From assembly GCA_035292445.1 (NCBI GenBank), contig DATDQB010000020.1:91484-155483 (forward strand): a stretch of DNA of 64,000 nt, written 5' to 3'. Positions 36,968 to 47,037 of this stretch are shown here, one piece after another. The translations under genes were made by a program, and so were the position numbers. Under the pieces are notes generated by a model. It made no database searches. It saw only the letters and a program-made list of their open reading frames with translations, and had not been told where the DNA came from. The stretch comes from Candidatus Omnitrophota bacterium (GTDB lineage Bacteria; Omnitrophota; Gorgyraeia; Zapsychrales; Zapsychraceae). Position 1 is the first letter of the stretch. Each line of letters starts with the position of its first letter.

Positions 36968-38599
36968 TTAGGCAGACTGAAAGATTTGATAAAGGGCAGC
37001 GCGCTGCTGCTTGGTGCGCTCATCTTCAAGATAGTCATCGAAGGTAGTGCCCATCCGGTCGATATAACCACTGGGCGTGATCTCGATGATGCGGTTCGCC
37101 ACCGTTTGGATGAATTGATGGTCGTGGGAAGAAAAAAAGACCGTCCCGCGGTAGCGTTCGAGCCCCTCATTCAGGGCGGTGATCGATTCCAGGTCCAAAT
37201 GATTGGTCGGCTCATCCAGGATAAGGACGTTGGCGCCGACCAGCATCATCCGTGAAAGCATCAAACGTACCCGCTCCCCGCCGGAGAGAACCTTGGCCTT
37301 CTTCAGCGCCTCTTCTCCGGAAAATAACATGCGCCCCAAAAATCCGCGGATGAACGTTTCGTCCTTTTCACTCGAATATTGCCTCAACCAATCGATCAAG
37401 TTCAGGTCACCATCAAAATATTTACTATTCTCTTTGGGAAAATAAGCGCGGTTGGTCGATGCCCCCCATTTAAAAGCGCCCTTATCGGCCTGCGCCTCCC
37501 CAGTAAGGATCTGGAACAAGGCCGTTTTGGCAACGTCAAAGCGCCCGACAAAAGCGATCTTGTCCCCCTTATTGACCTCGATGTTCAAACCTTTAAAAAC
37601 AACTCCGCCTTCGAGCGATTTACTTAAGAATTCGATGTGTAACAAATCGTTGCCAGCGTCTTTCTCGAACTGAAAACCCACGTAAGGGTATTTTCTCGAG
37701 GAAGGACGGATGTCTTCCAGCGTCAATTTCTCCAGTGTTTTTTTGCGGGATGTCGCTTGGCGGGACTTGGAGGCGTTCGCGCTGAAACGGGCGATAAAAT
37801 CCTGCAATTCCTTTCTTTTCTCTTCGGTCCTTTTATTTTGATCCTGCCTCTGGCGTAACGCCAACCGGCTGGATTCCAGCCAGAACGAATAATTCCCGGG
37901 ATAGAGCTGGATCCGCCCGAAATCAATATCGGCAATATGGGTGCAAACCTTATCCAAAAAATGGCGGTCATGGGAGACAACAATGGCGATATTTTCAAAA
38001 TTGTACAAAAATTCTTCCAACCACATGCCTGTTTCAATATCCAATTGGTTGGTAGGTTCATCCAACAGCAAGATATCCGGATTTCCGAAAAGGGCCTGCG
38101 CCAATAAGACCCTCACCTTCTGCCCCGCTTCCAATTGCTTCATTTTTTGGGTATGCAGATCTTCCGGTATACCCAGATTATTCAATAATTTGGCCGCGTC
38201 CGTCTGCGCATTCCAGCCATCGAGTTCGGTGAATTCAGCCTCCAGCTCCGATGCCCGCAACCCGTCCGCTTCGCTGAATTGGGGATTAGCGTAAATGGCA
38301 TCCTTTTCTTTCATCACCTCATAAAGCCTTTTATGGCCCATGATGACGGTTTCCAGGATCTCATAATCGTCAAAAGCGAATTGATCCTGCTTAAGGACCG
38401 AGATGCGCTTGCCCGGGGCGACCACCACTTCACCGGTCGTGGTTTCCAACTCTCCCGACAAAAGCTTCAGAAAGGTGGATTTGCCGCTGCCGTTGGCGCC
38501 GATAATGCCGTAACAGTTCCCCGGTGAGAACGTGATATTGACGCCATCAAAAAGCTTGCGCTTGCCAAATTGTAGGGATACGCCGTTGGCCGAGATCAT
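36968..38599 (-). CDS. ABC-F family ATPase (tandem ABC domains; translation-associated EttA/Uup/YheS-like)
   Basis: Two Walker A sites (GANGSGKST; GRFDVAKT degenerate) and two signature motifs (LSGGERVRL), with no TM domain. 543 aa. Confidence 0.85.
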   Translation of the reverse strand: MISANGVSLQFGKRKLFDGVNITFSPGNCYGIIGANGSGKSTFLKLLSGELETTTGEVVVAPGKRISVLKQDQFAFDDYEILETVIMGHKRLYEVMKEKDAIYANPQFSEADGLRASELEAEFTELDGWNAQTDAAKLLNNLGIPEDLHTQKMKQLEAGQKVRVLLAQALFGNPDILLLDEPTNQLDIETGMWLEEFLYNFENIAIVVSHDRHFLDKVCTHIADIDFGRIQLYPGNYSFWLESSRLALRQRQDQNKRTEEKRKELQDFIARFSANASKSRQATSRKKTLEKLTLEDIRPSSRKYPYVGFQFEKDAGNDLLHIEFLSKSLEGGVVFKGLNIEVNKGDKIAFVGRFDVAKTALFQILTGEAQADKGAFKWGASTNRAYFPKENSKYFDGDLNLIDWLRQYSSEKDETFIRGFLGRMLFSGEEALKKAKVLSGGERVRLMLSRMMLVGANVLILDEPTNHLDLESITALNEGLERYRGTVFFSSHDHQFIQTVANRIIEITPSGYIDRMGTTFDDYLEDERTKQQRAALYQIFQSA

Positions 38600-38605
38600 T
38601 TCGTC

Positions 38606-39193
38606 TTACCTTGCTCTTTTCTTATTAAAAGCGATGAATGCCAGCAGGCCCTGCCCTAATAAGAGAAGGCTGTGCGGTTCAGGAATAACGGGAGTTCGAG
38701 GAAGGTTGGTATTAACGGCCCATCCCCCCAAATTGCTGAAGGTCTGGTTCGTGCCAGAACCGATAGGAGTGAACCATACATCGGTCGGTTGGTTAAAAGG
38801 ATTCGACCCCCATTTAAAATTCCAGCTGCCGCCATCATTGGGATTGCCATCCTCGTCATAATACCCCCATATAAGATTTACTGTCGGGGATGACCCCATG
38901 ATGGATGCATGAAGGTCGAACAGCGTAGGATCGGCCGGTGCCGCCAGTTTCAGCTGCTCGATCTCCACAAAAGTCGCAATATGAAAATCACTGCCCAATA
39001 AAAAGGTATGGATGTCCGTATAGCTCATCCCTAAAAAGTTGTCGACATCCATCCAAGTAAAACCCGTAGCCTGATCCTTAAAAAACCCCTGGCCGTTGGC
39101 ATCCGAAAGATCGACAATGAATGCCTGGGCTTTGGAGCCGCCACACAATAACAACAGGATAATAATCCCGCCTATCACATATTTTCTAAACAT
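38606..39193 (-). CDS. PEP-CTERM-sorted secreted protein
   Basis: Signal peptide and a C-terminal VIPEPHSLLLLGQGLLAFIAFNKKRAR (PEP motif, TM segment, basic tail). Confidence 0.7.
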   Translation of the reverse strand: MFRKYVIGGIIILLLLCGGSKAQAFIVDLSDANGQGFFKDQATGFTWMDVDNFLGMSYTDIHTFLLGSDFHIATFVEIEQLKLAAPADPTLFDLHASIMGSSPTVNLIWGYYDEDGNPNDGGSWNFKWGSNPFNQPTDVWFTPIGSGTNQTFSNLGGWAVNTNLPRTPVIPEPHSLLLLGQGLLAFIAFNKKRAR

Positions 39194-39270
39194 TTTTTAT
39201 AAAAACCCCCTGCCCCCAACGTTTTAAGGGCTTCAAAAGTATAACCTTTCCAGAGAGTTATGTCAATTTT

Positions 39271-40191
39271 TTGAAGCTACCTGGCCTTATCCATCAAGAT
39301 GGAAAATTTTTCACATTATCCTATTTACCAAAGGAGACAAAAAGACTATACTTTTATCAAAAGGTTCAACCAATAATGATCATCCTTCGGCAAAAGAAAA
39401 GCCCTCAACACAACAACCGTAATTATACTCATCCCCAGGAACCCCGCTATGCCGATCTTCATCTCGCCAAAGTGTCCCCCCATCCTGGAAACACGTTGAA
39501 GGTCGTTTCCTATAACATCGAATATTCAAAAAAGATCAGCCAGGCCGTCAAACTCCTGCAGACCCATGAAGACCTCAAGAATGCCGACGTTATTTGTTTG
39601 CAGGAAATGACCCTGGAGGCGGTCCGTACGATCGGCGAAGCCCTTAAATATAACTACGTCTATTACCCGGCGCTCCTGCACCCGGTCCTGGCGAAAGATT
39701 TCGGCAATGCCATCCTTTCCAAATGGCCGATCGTCCACGATCAAAAGATCCTTCTTCCTCATTCAAATCCCAAGAGCTCACAAAGGGTTGCCGTGATCTC
39801 AACGATCTACTTCCAGAACAAACCCGTTGTCATCACCTGCGTCCATCTTAAGGTGCTCATTAAGCCCTCGTTCCGCAAAGAACAGATAACAAAGTTGCTG
39901 AAAAATTTACCCCTGGAGGAATTGCCCATCATCATCGCCGGAGATTTTAACACCTTTACCAAAGCCAATAACCAAGCCATCTCGGACCCCCTCATAAAGG
40001 CGGATTTCATTCCTGCAACAGACGGCTTAGGCTGGAGCCATAAACACTGGACGCTCTTAAACAAAAAGAGCCAGCTCGACCATATCTTCATCAAAGGATT
40101 GGAAATCGTCAAGACAGGAAAAGTCATCAACCGCAAGTCCAGCGACCACATCCCCATTTGGGCGGAATTGGCTTTTTCGTCAGACTCGTAA
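39271..40191 (+). CDS. endonuclease/exonuclease/phosphatase (EEP) family protein
   Basis: VVSYNIEY ... VICLQEM ... DHIPIW EEP motifs. The likely true start is Met36 at 39376, preceded by GGAGA. Confidence 0.75.
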   Translation: MKLPGLIHQDGKFFTLSYLPKETKRLYFYQKVQPIMIILRQKKSPQHNNRNYTHPQEPRYADLHLAKVSPHPGNTLKVVSYNIEYSKKISQAVKLLQTHEDLKNADVICLQEMTLEAVRTIGEALKYNYVYYPALLHPVLAKDFGNAILSKWPIVHDQKILLPHSNPKSSQRVAVISTIYFQNKPVVITCVHLKVLIKPSFRKEQITKLLKNLPLEELPIIIAGDFNTFTKANNQAISDPLIKADFIPATDGLGWSHKHWTLLNKKSQLDHIFIKGLEIVKTGKVINRKSSDHIPIWAELAFSSDS

Positions 40192-40198
40192 CGAAAAA

Positions 40199-41116
40199 TC
40201 AAAAAAGGCGATAAAATAATGCCCCATCAGAAACGGCGCCAGTTTCGTTCAATGCCTTGGCCCTTTGCATGGCCGCATCTGCCATTTTCTCATTTCCCGA
40301 TTCCATATAGACAAGAGCTAAATAATAAAATGCCTTTTTATTCTGGTTATCATGTTTAATAACTTCTTGTAAGAATAAAAGGGCTAATTCGTATCGCTTC
40401 AGCTGATAGGAGGCCAGACCCGCATAATAATAATAGAACGCTTTCCTTGAAAAGTCTTTTTCCAGGGCCATCGGAAAAACTTTCAATAGCCCTTCATATT
40501 CCTTCAAATTGTATAAATTAATTATCAATAAGGCAAAACAGTCCTGGATGCCTTTCTTCAGGTTACTCATAATGACCTCACCGGGTGCGGGAATGTGCTT
40601 CCAAATCTGCCTATATAACGGCATTTGGTTAATAACATAAAACGTGGCTTTAGGATTTGTAACAAGAGCTTGGTGTAATAAATTATTGGATGTGAGGAAA
40701 TCCTCTTTTCGATGGTATAAAAGAGCCAAGTTGTAATAGGACCAAAAATGGTAAGGGTTATCTTTTACCGCCAATTCGTAAGCTTCTATCGCTTTATCAA
40801 AATACTCCGCCTTGGCGTAAAAGTATCCTTGGAAAGGATAGACGGTTTTTAAATCGGGATACTTCTCCTCAACTTTTGTATAGTAAGAAATGTAGGAGTC
40901 GGGTTCTATATCGGGGCTTTCTTCTGGCGAAATGACATGGCGTGCCAGCCCTTCAAAATCCGGAAGATAATAGCTGACCTCGACAGCTTTTCTTTTTTCT
41001 TTCAGATATTTCCTCTCCCGTTCAAGGTAGCTAAAAATGGGCTTGCTCAATAAACACAGAGACAGGATAAGGATTATCCCGGCAAAGGTTAGATAGAATT
41101 TTGGTTTGATGATCAT
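40199..41116 (-). CDS. membrane-anchored TPR-repeat protein (paralog of 33623-34540)
   Basis: Same architecture and shared blocks (NPYHFWSYYNLALLYH; FYYYYAGLASYQL). Confidence 0.7.
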   Translation of the reverse strand: MIIKPKFYLTFAGIILILSLCLLSKPIFSYLERERKYLKEKRKAVEVSYYLPDFEGLARHVISPEESPDIEPDSYISYYTKVEEKYPDLKTVYPFQGYFYAKAEYFDKAIEAYELAVKDNPYHFWSYYNLALLYHRKEDFLTSNNLLHQALVTNPKATFYVINQMPLYRQIWKHIPAPGEVIMSNLKKGIQDCFALLIINLYNLKEYEGLLKVFPMALEKDFSRKAFYYYYAGLASYQLKRYELALLFLQEVIKHDNQNKKAFYYLALVYMESGNEKMADAAMQRAKALNETGAVSDGALFYRLF

Positions 41117-41125
41117 CTGAGTTTT

Positions 41126-42628
41126 ATGATAAAGCTTTCAAAAGTTTCGGTCGGTGATATAATGTCATCATTATCACCGTTCAACATCATGGAAATCAAG
41201 CCCCAAAACCAACGGCTCCTTCATCCTGCCATCATAAGCGTTTTCGTTATTTGTTTTGCGGTCTGGTTTTATTTATTCTATGTCACCCAGCCGGTAGTTG
41301 TCTACGATTCAATAAGTTATGAATCTACGGGCAAAATGATATATGAACAAGGCTGGATTGCCTTTTTAAAAGCCGGATTGTACCGGGAATACGGTTATGC
41401 GTTCTTGGTCTCAATTGCCATGAGGCTCGCTGATTACCTTCATGTGTCCTATCTCACCGTTGTGAAATTCATTCAATTGCTTTTTCTTTTTTCCGCCCAG
41501 CTTCTTAGCTATTATGTCATGCGTCGGCTGCGCATTCATCCTCTTATTACGGCCTGGGCGCTTTTATATATCGGCCTCTCTCCCGGACTATTGTTTTCGA
41601 CCATGATTCTTTATTACGAGGCGGGCATGTACCCATTTGTTCTGCTCCTTCTTATCGGTGCCGCCCATGCCTGGCTTGCTTTAATAAAAGAGAACAAAAA
41701 TATCGTCATACCGACGATCGTTCTTGCCGTGGCCCTGTTTTGTTGCGCATCGATCAAAGCCATCTTTGAGCCTCTTTCTTATTTCATGCTCTTACCCTTT
41801 TTGGCCTTGATCCTTAAGGCCATTATTGCCAAAAGAAAGGCCGTTTATAAAAAAGGCATCGTTTTTCTTATCGTATTCGCCATCTTCTTTTATCTTCCCA
41901 TCACCGCGTACAAATTAGTCAACAAATATTATAATAACGAATACACATTGACAGATCGTTCCGGACGGATATTCCTGGGCAGCACTCTCGTACGGGTTCA
42001 GGACTTTGAGATCAAACAATTGAAATCATTGATCGTTTTTACTTTTATGCTGAACCATTGTGCGACGTTCGCCGATCCAAACGAGTGCGGCCTCTGGGAC
42101 TGGCGGTACGGAGATAAATTGGCCCTATCGTATATGGAAGAATATGCCCATAAGCACAACCTCCCTCTTCCCCTAACTCAACGGCAGTTAACGAACGCTG
42201 CTTTTCAAGAAATCCTAAATCAACCCCTTCGATATGCTCTTGTAACGATCATTCATTCGTTTAAGATTTTTTACTGGGAATACTTTTTCGGTTTTGCGGC
42301 TTACCCGGACTGGATGGATAGGACGTTTCTTGTCGGACGGCTGGGATTAACGATCTCCCTCACCAGCGCCTTCCTGGCTTTCCTTGGGTTTAGTCATTTA
42401 TGCTGGTGGGTGTGGCATAACAGAAGGCGTCTTGTCGATAATTCGGCACCTATGGAGATGAGAACCGTCATGGTTTATATATTGTTCCTTATCCTTGTCG
42501 GCTTTGGAATATTATCCAGCCTCCTATGGATTCTAGATCGCTACATTCTTCCTGTCGCTTCTCTTTATATTATTTCTATTGCCTTCTTCCTTGATCAAAC
42601 TCTTATCCGCCGACCAAAAACAACTTAA
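41126..42628 (+). CDS. polytopic membrane protein, GT-C-like (ArnT/PMT-type) putative glycosyltransferase
   Basis: About 12 TM over 500 aa. Divergent from the TPR paralog. The true start may be Met13 or Met23 (41162 or 41192); a TATAAT lies at 41154. Confidence 0.45.
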   Translation: MIKLSKVSVGDIMSSLSPFNIMEIKPQNQRLLHPAIISVFVICFAVWFYLFYVTQPVVVYDSISYESTGKMIYEQGWIAFLKAGLYREYGYAFLVSIAMRLADYLHVSYLTVVKFIQLLFLFSAQLLSYYVMRRLRIHPLITAWALLYIGLSPGLLFSTMILYYEAGMYPFVLLLLIGAAHAWLALIKENKNIVIPTIVLAVALFCCASIKAIFEPLSYFMLLPFLALILKAIIAKRKAVYKKGIVFLIVFAIFFYLPITAYKLVNKYYNNEYTLTDRSGRIFLGSTLVRVQDFEIKQLKSLIVFTFMLNHCATFADPNECGLWDWRYGDKLALSYMEEYAHKHNLPLPLTQRQLTNAAFQEILNQPLRYALVTIIHSFKIFYWEYFFGFAAYPDWMDRTFLVGRLGLTISLTSAFLAFLGFSHLCWWVWHNRRRLVDNSAPMEMRTVMVYILFLILVGFGILSSLLWILDRYILPVASLYIISIAFFLDQTLIRRPKTT

Positions 42629-42678
42629 CGATCTTTATTCCTTATCCCATCGAATCATTCTTGTTCGCGCAGCCCCCC

Positions 42679-44547
42679 TTATCCGTAATAACACACTTTA
42701 TCTTTTCCTTCTTTTTTTGCCTGATAAAGCGCCCGGTCGGCCTTGGCGGTCAAATCATGGCGCCCCATATCATTACAATATTGAGTAAGCCCGATGCTAA
42801 TCGTCACTTTTTCTTTTAGCCCCAATTGCTTAACAGCTTCCCTGAGCCGCTCACCAATCATGACCGCCCCTTCAAGCGTTGTCTGCGGTAAAATCACAAC
42901 AAACTCATCTCCCGCATACCGGCAGACAACATCGATATCCCGCGAATTCTTTTCCAGGCATTCCCCCAGCATCTTAAGAAGCCGATCCCCCTCGGGATGA
43001 CCGAATTTGTCATTGTAAAACTTGAAATCATCCACATCGATCATCATCAAGGCTAGGTGACCGGAAAAACGTTTCGTGCGCCGGATCTCATAATCAAGGG
43101 CCCTGGTAAAATAGCGGTAATTATGAATGCTTGTCAACGGATCTGTAACGGCCAAATAATTCAATTCTCTATATAACTTAATATTTTCAATGGCGACGGC
43201 TATCTCCCTGGCAATTGCACAAAGAATCTTTAAATCGGTTTTACTGAAGATGCCCGCCTCTGGTTCATTCGTATTTTTCTGGGCAATCGTAATAATGCCA
43301 ATAAGTTTCCCATCTATATGAATGGGTACGCTAATAAAAGAATTACCTAAATATTCCGGTATTTCCGATTTTTCAAACCTCTCATCCTTCTTTAAGTCAG
43401 TAACTAAAACAGCTTCATGATCAAGGGAAACAAGGCCGGCCAAATGATTGCCTAAATGGACCCTTGTATTTTTGACAATATCATCACTGATTCCTTTAGC
43501 TCCCCGGATGTGCAACTCTCCGCTGTGTTCATCAACCAGCATGAGTGAACATTGCTTGGCTTCCATAATTTCCGTCACTTTATTAACTATAAAATCAACC
43601 AGAAGATCAAATTTACGGATAGCACTCACCTTCTCATCAAAGCCGATAATATCTTCCAACTTTCTGCGTTCGGCCATCAGTTGCTCCTCCAACCTCTTTC
43701 TATCCGTAATGTCCCGCCAGACGGAAACGAAATGCGTTATTTGGCCGAAGCCATCCTTGATGGGCGATATGGTTTGTTCGGCGATATAAAGTCGACCTTC
43801 CTTGTTCTTATTAACGATCTGCGACTTGAAGTTCTTCCCAGAAAGAATCGTTTTCCAAAGCTCATCATAATAACTTTTGGGTTGTTTGCCGGACTTAAGG
43901 ATGCGGGGGGTCTTTCCAATGGCCTCTTCTTTCGAATAACCCGTTGTCCCTTCAAAAGCAAGATTGACGTATTCTATGATTCCGTCTTTGTCGGTAATCA
44001 TCACGTTATCAGCGGTGGCCGAAACGGCCTTGTTTAAGACCCGTTGGGATTGTTTGAGATCTTTTTGGGAACTGATATCATGAACAATGCCTTCATAACC
44101 AATCACCTGCTCATGTTCATTGCGGATATAATTGCTGGTGACGGAAAGTAAGACAATCTCTCCACTTTTTTTCTTATAGGAAACCTCATATTCTTTGACA
44201 AACCCCGCCTTCTCCATCTGCTCCAAGAATTTCTTCGCCTCCTTACTCTCGGCATACAACTGCTTGTTGATATTAAGCCCAGTCACTTCGTCTTTGATGT
44301 TATATCCTAGTAAATCCACAAAAGCATGATTCACATAAAGAAGGTTCCCCTTGACATCAGCGACATAAATCCCAATATGGACATTCTCAACCAAACGACG
44401 GAAAGTGTCCGCTGTATCGGAAAAAATGGGATCCAGATATTTTCTATCCTTGTTTGTAGAAAGCATATCCTCTCCCTCCTTTTTTATTAAGATATCGCTT
44501 TCTGATTCTTCTCGCCAAGGCATTTCTTGATCAGGGGCACTAAACAA
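42679..44547 (-). CDS. PAS-PAS-GAF-GGDEF diguanylate cyclase, with an AGDEF active-site variant
   Basis: C-terminal RYAGDEFVVIL, preceded by GAF and PAS modules. 622 aa. Confidence 0.85.
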   Translation of the reverse strand: MFSAPDQEMPWREESESDILIKKEGEDMLSTNKDRKYLDPIFSDTADTFRRLVENVHIGIYVADVKGNLLYVNHAFVDLLGYNIKDEVTGLNINKQLYAESKEAKKFLEQMEKAGFVKEYEVSYKKKSGEIVLLSVTSNYIRNEHEQVIGYEGIVHDISSQKDLKQSQRVLNKAVSATADNVMITDKDGIIEYVNLAFEGTTGYSKEEAIGKTPRILKSGKQPKSYYDELWKTILSGKNFKSQIVNKNKEGRLYIAEQTISPIKDGFGQITHFVSVWRDITDRKRLEEQLMAERRKLEDIIGFDEKVSAIRKFDLLVDFIVNKVTEIMEAKQCSLMLVDEHSGELHIRGAKGISDDIVKNTRVHLGNHLAGLVSLDHEAVLVTDLKKDERFEKSEIPEYLGNSFISVPIHIDGKLIGIITIAQKNTNEPEAGIFSKTDLKILCAIAREIAVAIENIKLYRELNYLAVTDPLTSIHNYRYFTRALDYEIRRTKRFSGHLALMMIDVDDFKFYNDKFGHPEGDRLLKMLGECLEKNSRDIDVVCRYAGDEFVVILPQTTLEGAVMIGERLREAVKQLGLKEKVTISIGLTQYCNDMGRHDLTAKADRALYQAKKEGKDKVCYYG

Positions 44548-44876
44548 TCATAAATTTCAGTCTTGCCGACAAAGGCCGTCACGTTAAGTTTCTTCGACAG
44601 TTCCTTAAATTCCTTCGTATCAAACATAGTCACGACAATGACACAACAGTCAGGATTATCCGTCTTGATATGCGCTATAGCGGCCAACCCGTTGGCCTGG
44701 GGCAAGTTGATGTCCATAAGCACAATATCTGGGCGCGTGAAAGATGATTTGGCCACCCCCATCTCGGCGCTTGAGGCTTCGAATATGGCCAGGTTCAAAT
44801 CCTGCTTTTCGAGGTAAGAACGCAGCATCTTACGGAACTCAATATTATCATCCACAATTAATAATCGCTGACTCAT
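44487..44876 (-). CDS. single-domain response regulator (receiver)
   Basis: LLIVDDNIEF ... IVLMDINLP. The probable start is the MSQRLL Met at 44876, preceded by GGGAGAA. The ORF extension to 44945 runs through a palindromic repeat. Confidence 0.75.
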   Translation of the reverse strand: MSQRLLIVDDNIEFRKMLRSYLEKQDLNLAIFEASSAEMGVAKSSFTRPDIVLMDINLPQANGLAAIAHIKTDNPDCCVIVVTMFDTKEFKELSKKLNVTAFVGKTEIYDCLVPLIKKCLGEKNQKAIS

Positions 44877-45079
44877 TGAATTCTCCCGCTCATTTTTCCT
44901 CATTTCCTTGATTAGAAGGAAATGAGCGAGGCTCGCCCGCTTCATCTAAAATAAATTTAAGGAAAGCGAGGCGGCCTTAATAAAACACTCCATATATATT
45001 TTCTGTAATAATTATAATTTATTTTTACAAATTTATTTATTAGGAAGATTACTGACCGATATGAGTAATACTACGTAGA

Positions 45080-45724
45080 TCAGACGAGCCCTTTAGAGAC
45101 CGCGTATCGAACCAAACCGGCCGTGGTCTTAATGCCCAATCTGTTGGTAAGGTTATTGCGGTGGGTTTCAACGGTACGTACGCTGATTTTAAGCTTAGCG
45201 GCGATCGTTTTATTGGCCAGGCCTTCAGCTACCATCTTAAGGATCTGCAGCTCCCGCTTAGTCAATAAATCTAACGAAGGGGTATCGACGTCGTCCATGG
45301 CACGCAAGAAACGTTCCGCCAATACCTTCTCAACGGAAGGCGAAACATACGATTTCCCTTTCATGAGCGTTCGGATGGCCTTGTTGAGTTGCTCAAAAGT
45401 ATCTTCTTTTAACAGATACCCATCAGCTCCGTACGTCCGGGCATGCTTGAAATGCTCGTGGTCTTTTTGCATGGTCAGGATCAAGACCTTCATTGTGGGG
45501 TATTCTTTCTTGATTTCCTGAAGGGCCTCCATCCCATCTAAAACAGGCATGGACAAATCCACAATAGCCAAATCACAGCTCTTTTTATCCAATAAATCCA
45601 GCAACTCTTCTCCGTTCTTGGCTTCCCCGATAATTTCATAATCTTTATTGCGCGCAATCAGGCTCTTGAGCCCTTCACGGAAGATTTCATGGTCATCGGC
45701 TAAAACAATGCGGACTTTCTTCAT
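45080..45724 (-). CDS. NarL/FixJ-family response regulator (receiver plus LuxR-type HTH)
   Basis: IVLADDHEIFREGL ... LTKRELQILKMVAEGLANKTIAAKL. Confidence 0.9.
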   Translation of the reverse strand: MKKVRIVLADDHEIFREGLKSLIARNKDYEIIGEAKNGEELLDLLDKKSCDLAIVDLSMPVLDGMEALQEIKKEYPTMKVLILTMQKDHEHFKHARTYGADGYLLKEDTFEQLNKAIRTLMKGKSYVSPSVEKVLAERFLRAMDDVDTPSLDLLTKRELQILKMVAEGLANKTIAAKLKISVRTVETHRNNLTNRLGIKTTAGLVRYAVSKGLV

Positions 45725-45728
45725 TATT

Positions 45729-46778
45729 TTACTCCGCAGGAATAATTATAGTGATCCCTGTTCCTTTGCCCTTACCGGAATGGATATGAATTTCACCACC
45801 CAATAGTTTAGCCCGCTCCGCCATCGTTGACAATCCCAACCCTTGGGATTTATTGGCCTTATGATTTCTGGTGGTATTAAATCCGCATCCATTGTCCTCA
45901 ATGGAGATAATCAATCGGCCGTTATCGGACTTAGTGGAAATATTGACCTTGGTTGCCTGCGCATGCTTGATAACATTGGTTAAGGCTTCTTGGACGATAC
46001 GAAAAAGGTTGATCGATTCCCCCTTTAAACGGATTTTATCCAGTCTCCCCCAGTTGGCCGTAATTTTGACCTTTTTTTGGCTGCGAAAATCATTGATGAG
46101 CGATTTTAAAGACGTCGATAACCCAAGGACCTCAAGCGTCGAAGGCCTTAATACGGAAGACATGTGCCGCGTCTTTTCAATAATGGCGTTGATCCGGTTG
46201 AGGATTTTCTTCTTGGCCTTAGTGAGCGCCGCCTTATTTGGGCCAAGCTCAAAAAGGGATGATTGAATAAGCATTTTCAGCGTGGCCAAGGCCTGCCCTA
46301 AATCGTCATGAATTTCGCGGGAGATCCGCTCCCTTTCTTCCTCCTGGGCCTGGATGATTTCCCGGGGCAGCTCCTTAATCGCCTCTTCCATTTCTTTACG
46401 ACGGGTGATCTCGTTACGGATGGCCACGTATTGGTAGGGCTTGCCGCGCTCGTTCAAAAGAGGGACAATCGTCGTATCCACCCAATAATAAGTGCCGTCT
46501 TTGGCCCGGTTACGGATCTCCCCCTTCCACACCCTACCCTGGGCAATAGTGTGCCAAAGACCACGGAAGAATTCTTTCGGATGAGTGCCTGAGTTGACAA
46601 TCCGATGGTTTTGTCCTAAAAGTTCTTGGCGGGAATATTTGGATATCTCACAGAACTTATCATTGGCGTAGATGATGTCCCCTTTAAGATCCGTCATCGC
46701 AACAATGGAAGACACATCCAGCGCATGTTTAATGTCGGAAAGCTCTTTAAGGGATTTTTTAAAATCTTTATCCGACAT
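45729..46778 (-). CDS. sensor histidine kinase (PAS, HisKA_3, HATPase)
   Basis: A PAS domain, the H-box EIHDDLGQALATLK and a C-terminal ATPase domain with DNGCGF. Cytoplasmic. Confidence 0.85.
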   Translation of the reverse strand: MSDKDFKKSLKELSDIKHALDVSSIVAMTDLKGDIIYANDKFCEISKYSRQELLGQNHRIVNSGTHPKEFFRGLWHTIAQGRVWKGEIRNRAKDGTYYWVDTTIVPLLNERGKPYQYVAIRNEITRRKEMEEAIKELPREIIQAQEEERERISREIHDDLGQALATLKMLIQSSLFELGPNKAALTKAKKKILNRINAIIEKTRHMSSVLRPSTLEVLGLSTSLKSLINDFRSQKKVKITANWGRLDKIRLKGESINLFRIVQEALTNVIKHAQATKVNISTKSDNGRLIISIEDNGCGFNTTRNHKANKSQGLGLSTMAERAKLLGGEIHIHSGKGKGTGITIIIPAE

Positions 46779-47037
46779 TTTTATCTGCGCCTCTATTGGC
46801 TTGAAATGAAAAAAAGATGAACTCCGTAGAATTACTTAGGAAGTATTATAGGGGAGAATATGAAGAGGTGTCAATCATTTGGAATATTATCAATAATATG
46901 CATCCAGGTACTTACTAATACTTACGTTATATAACTGAACATCTTATAAGTAGTCCTGAATTGTTCCGGCTGGATTATTGCTTTTCTGGCCTGTTCATGC
47001 ATCCGAGCAAACTCATCTTCTAGATAAATAGCATACA

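Noticed and set aside
45061-45096. TACTACGTAG palindrome near the NarL-type regulator stop codon, as a further regulator site
   Set aside because: It overlaps the coding 3' end and shares only the 6-bp TACGTA with the two promoter motifs. That is too short to be meaningful.
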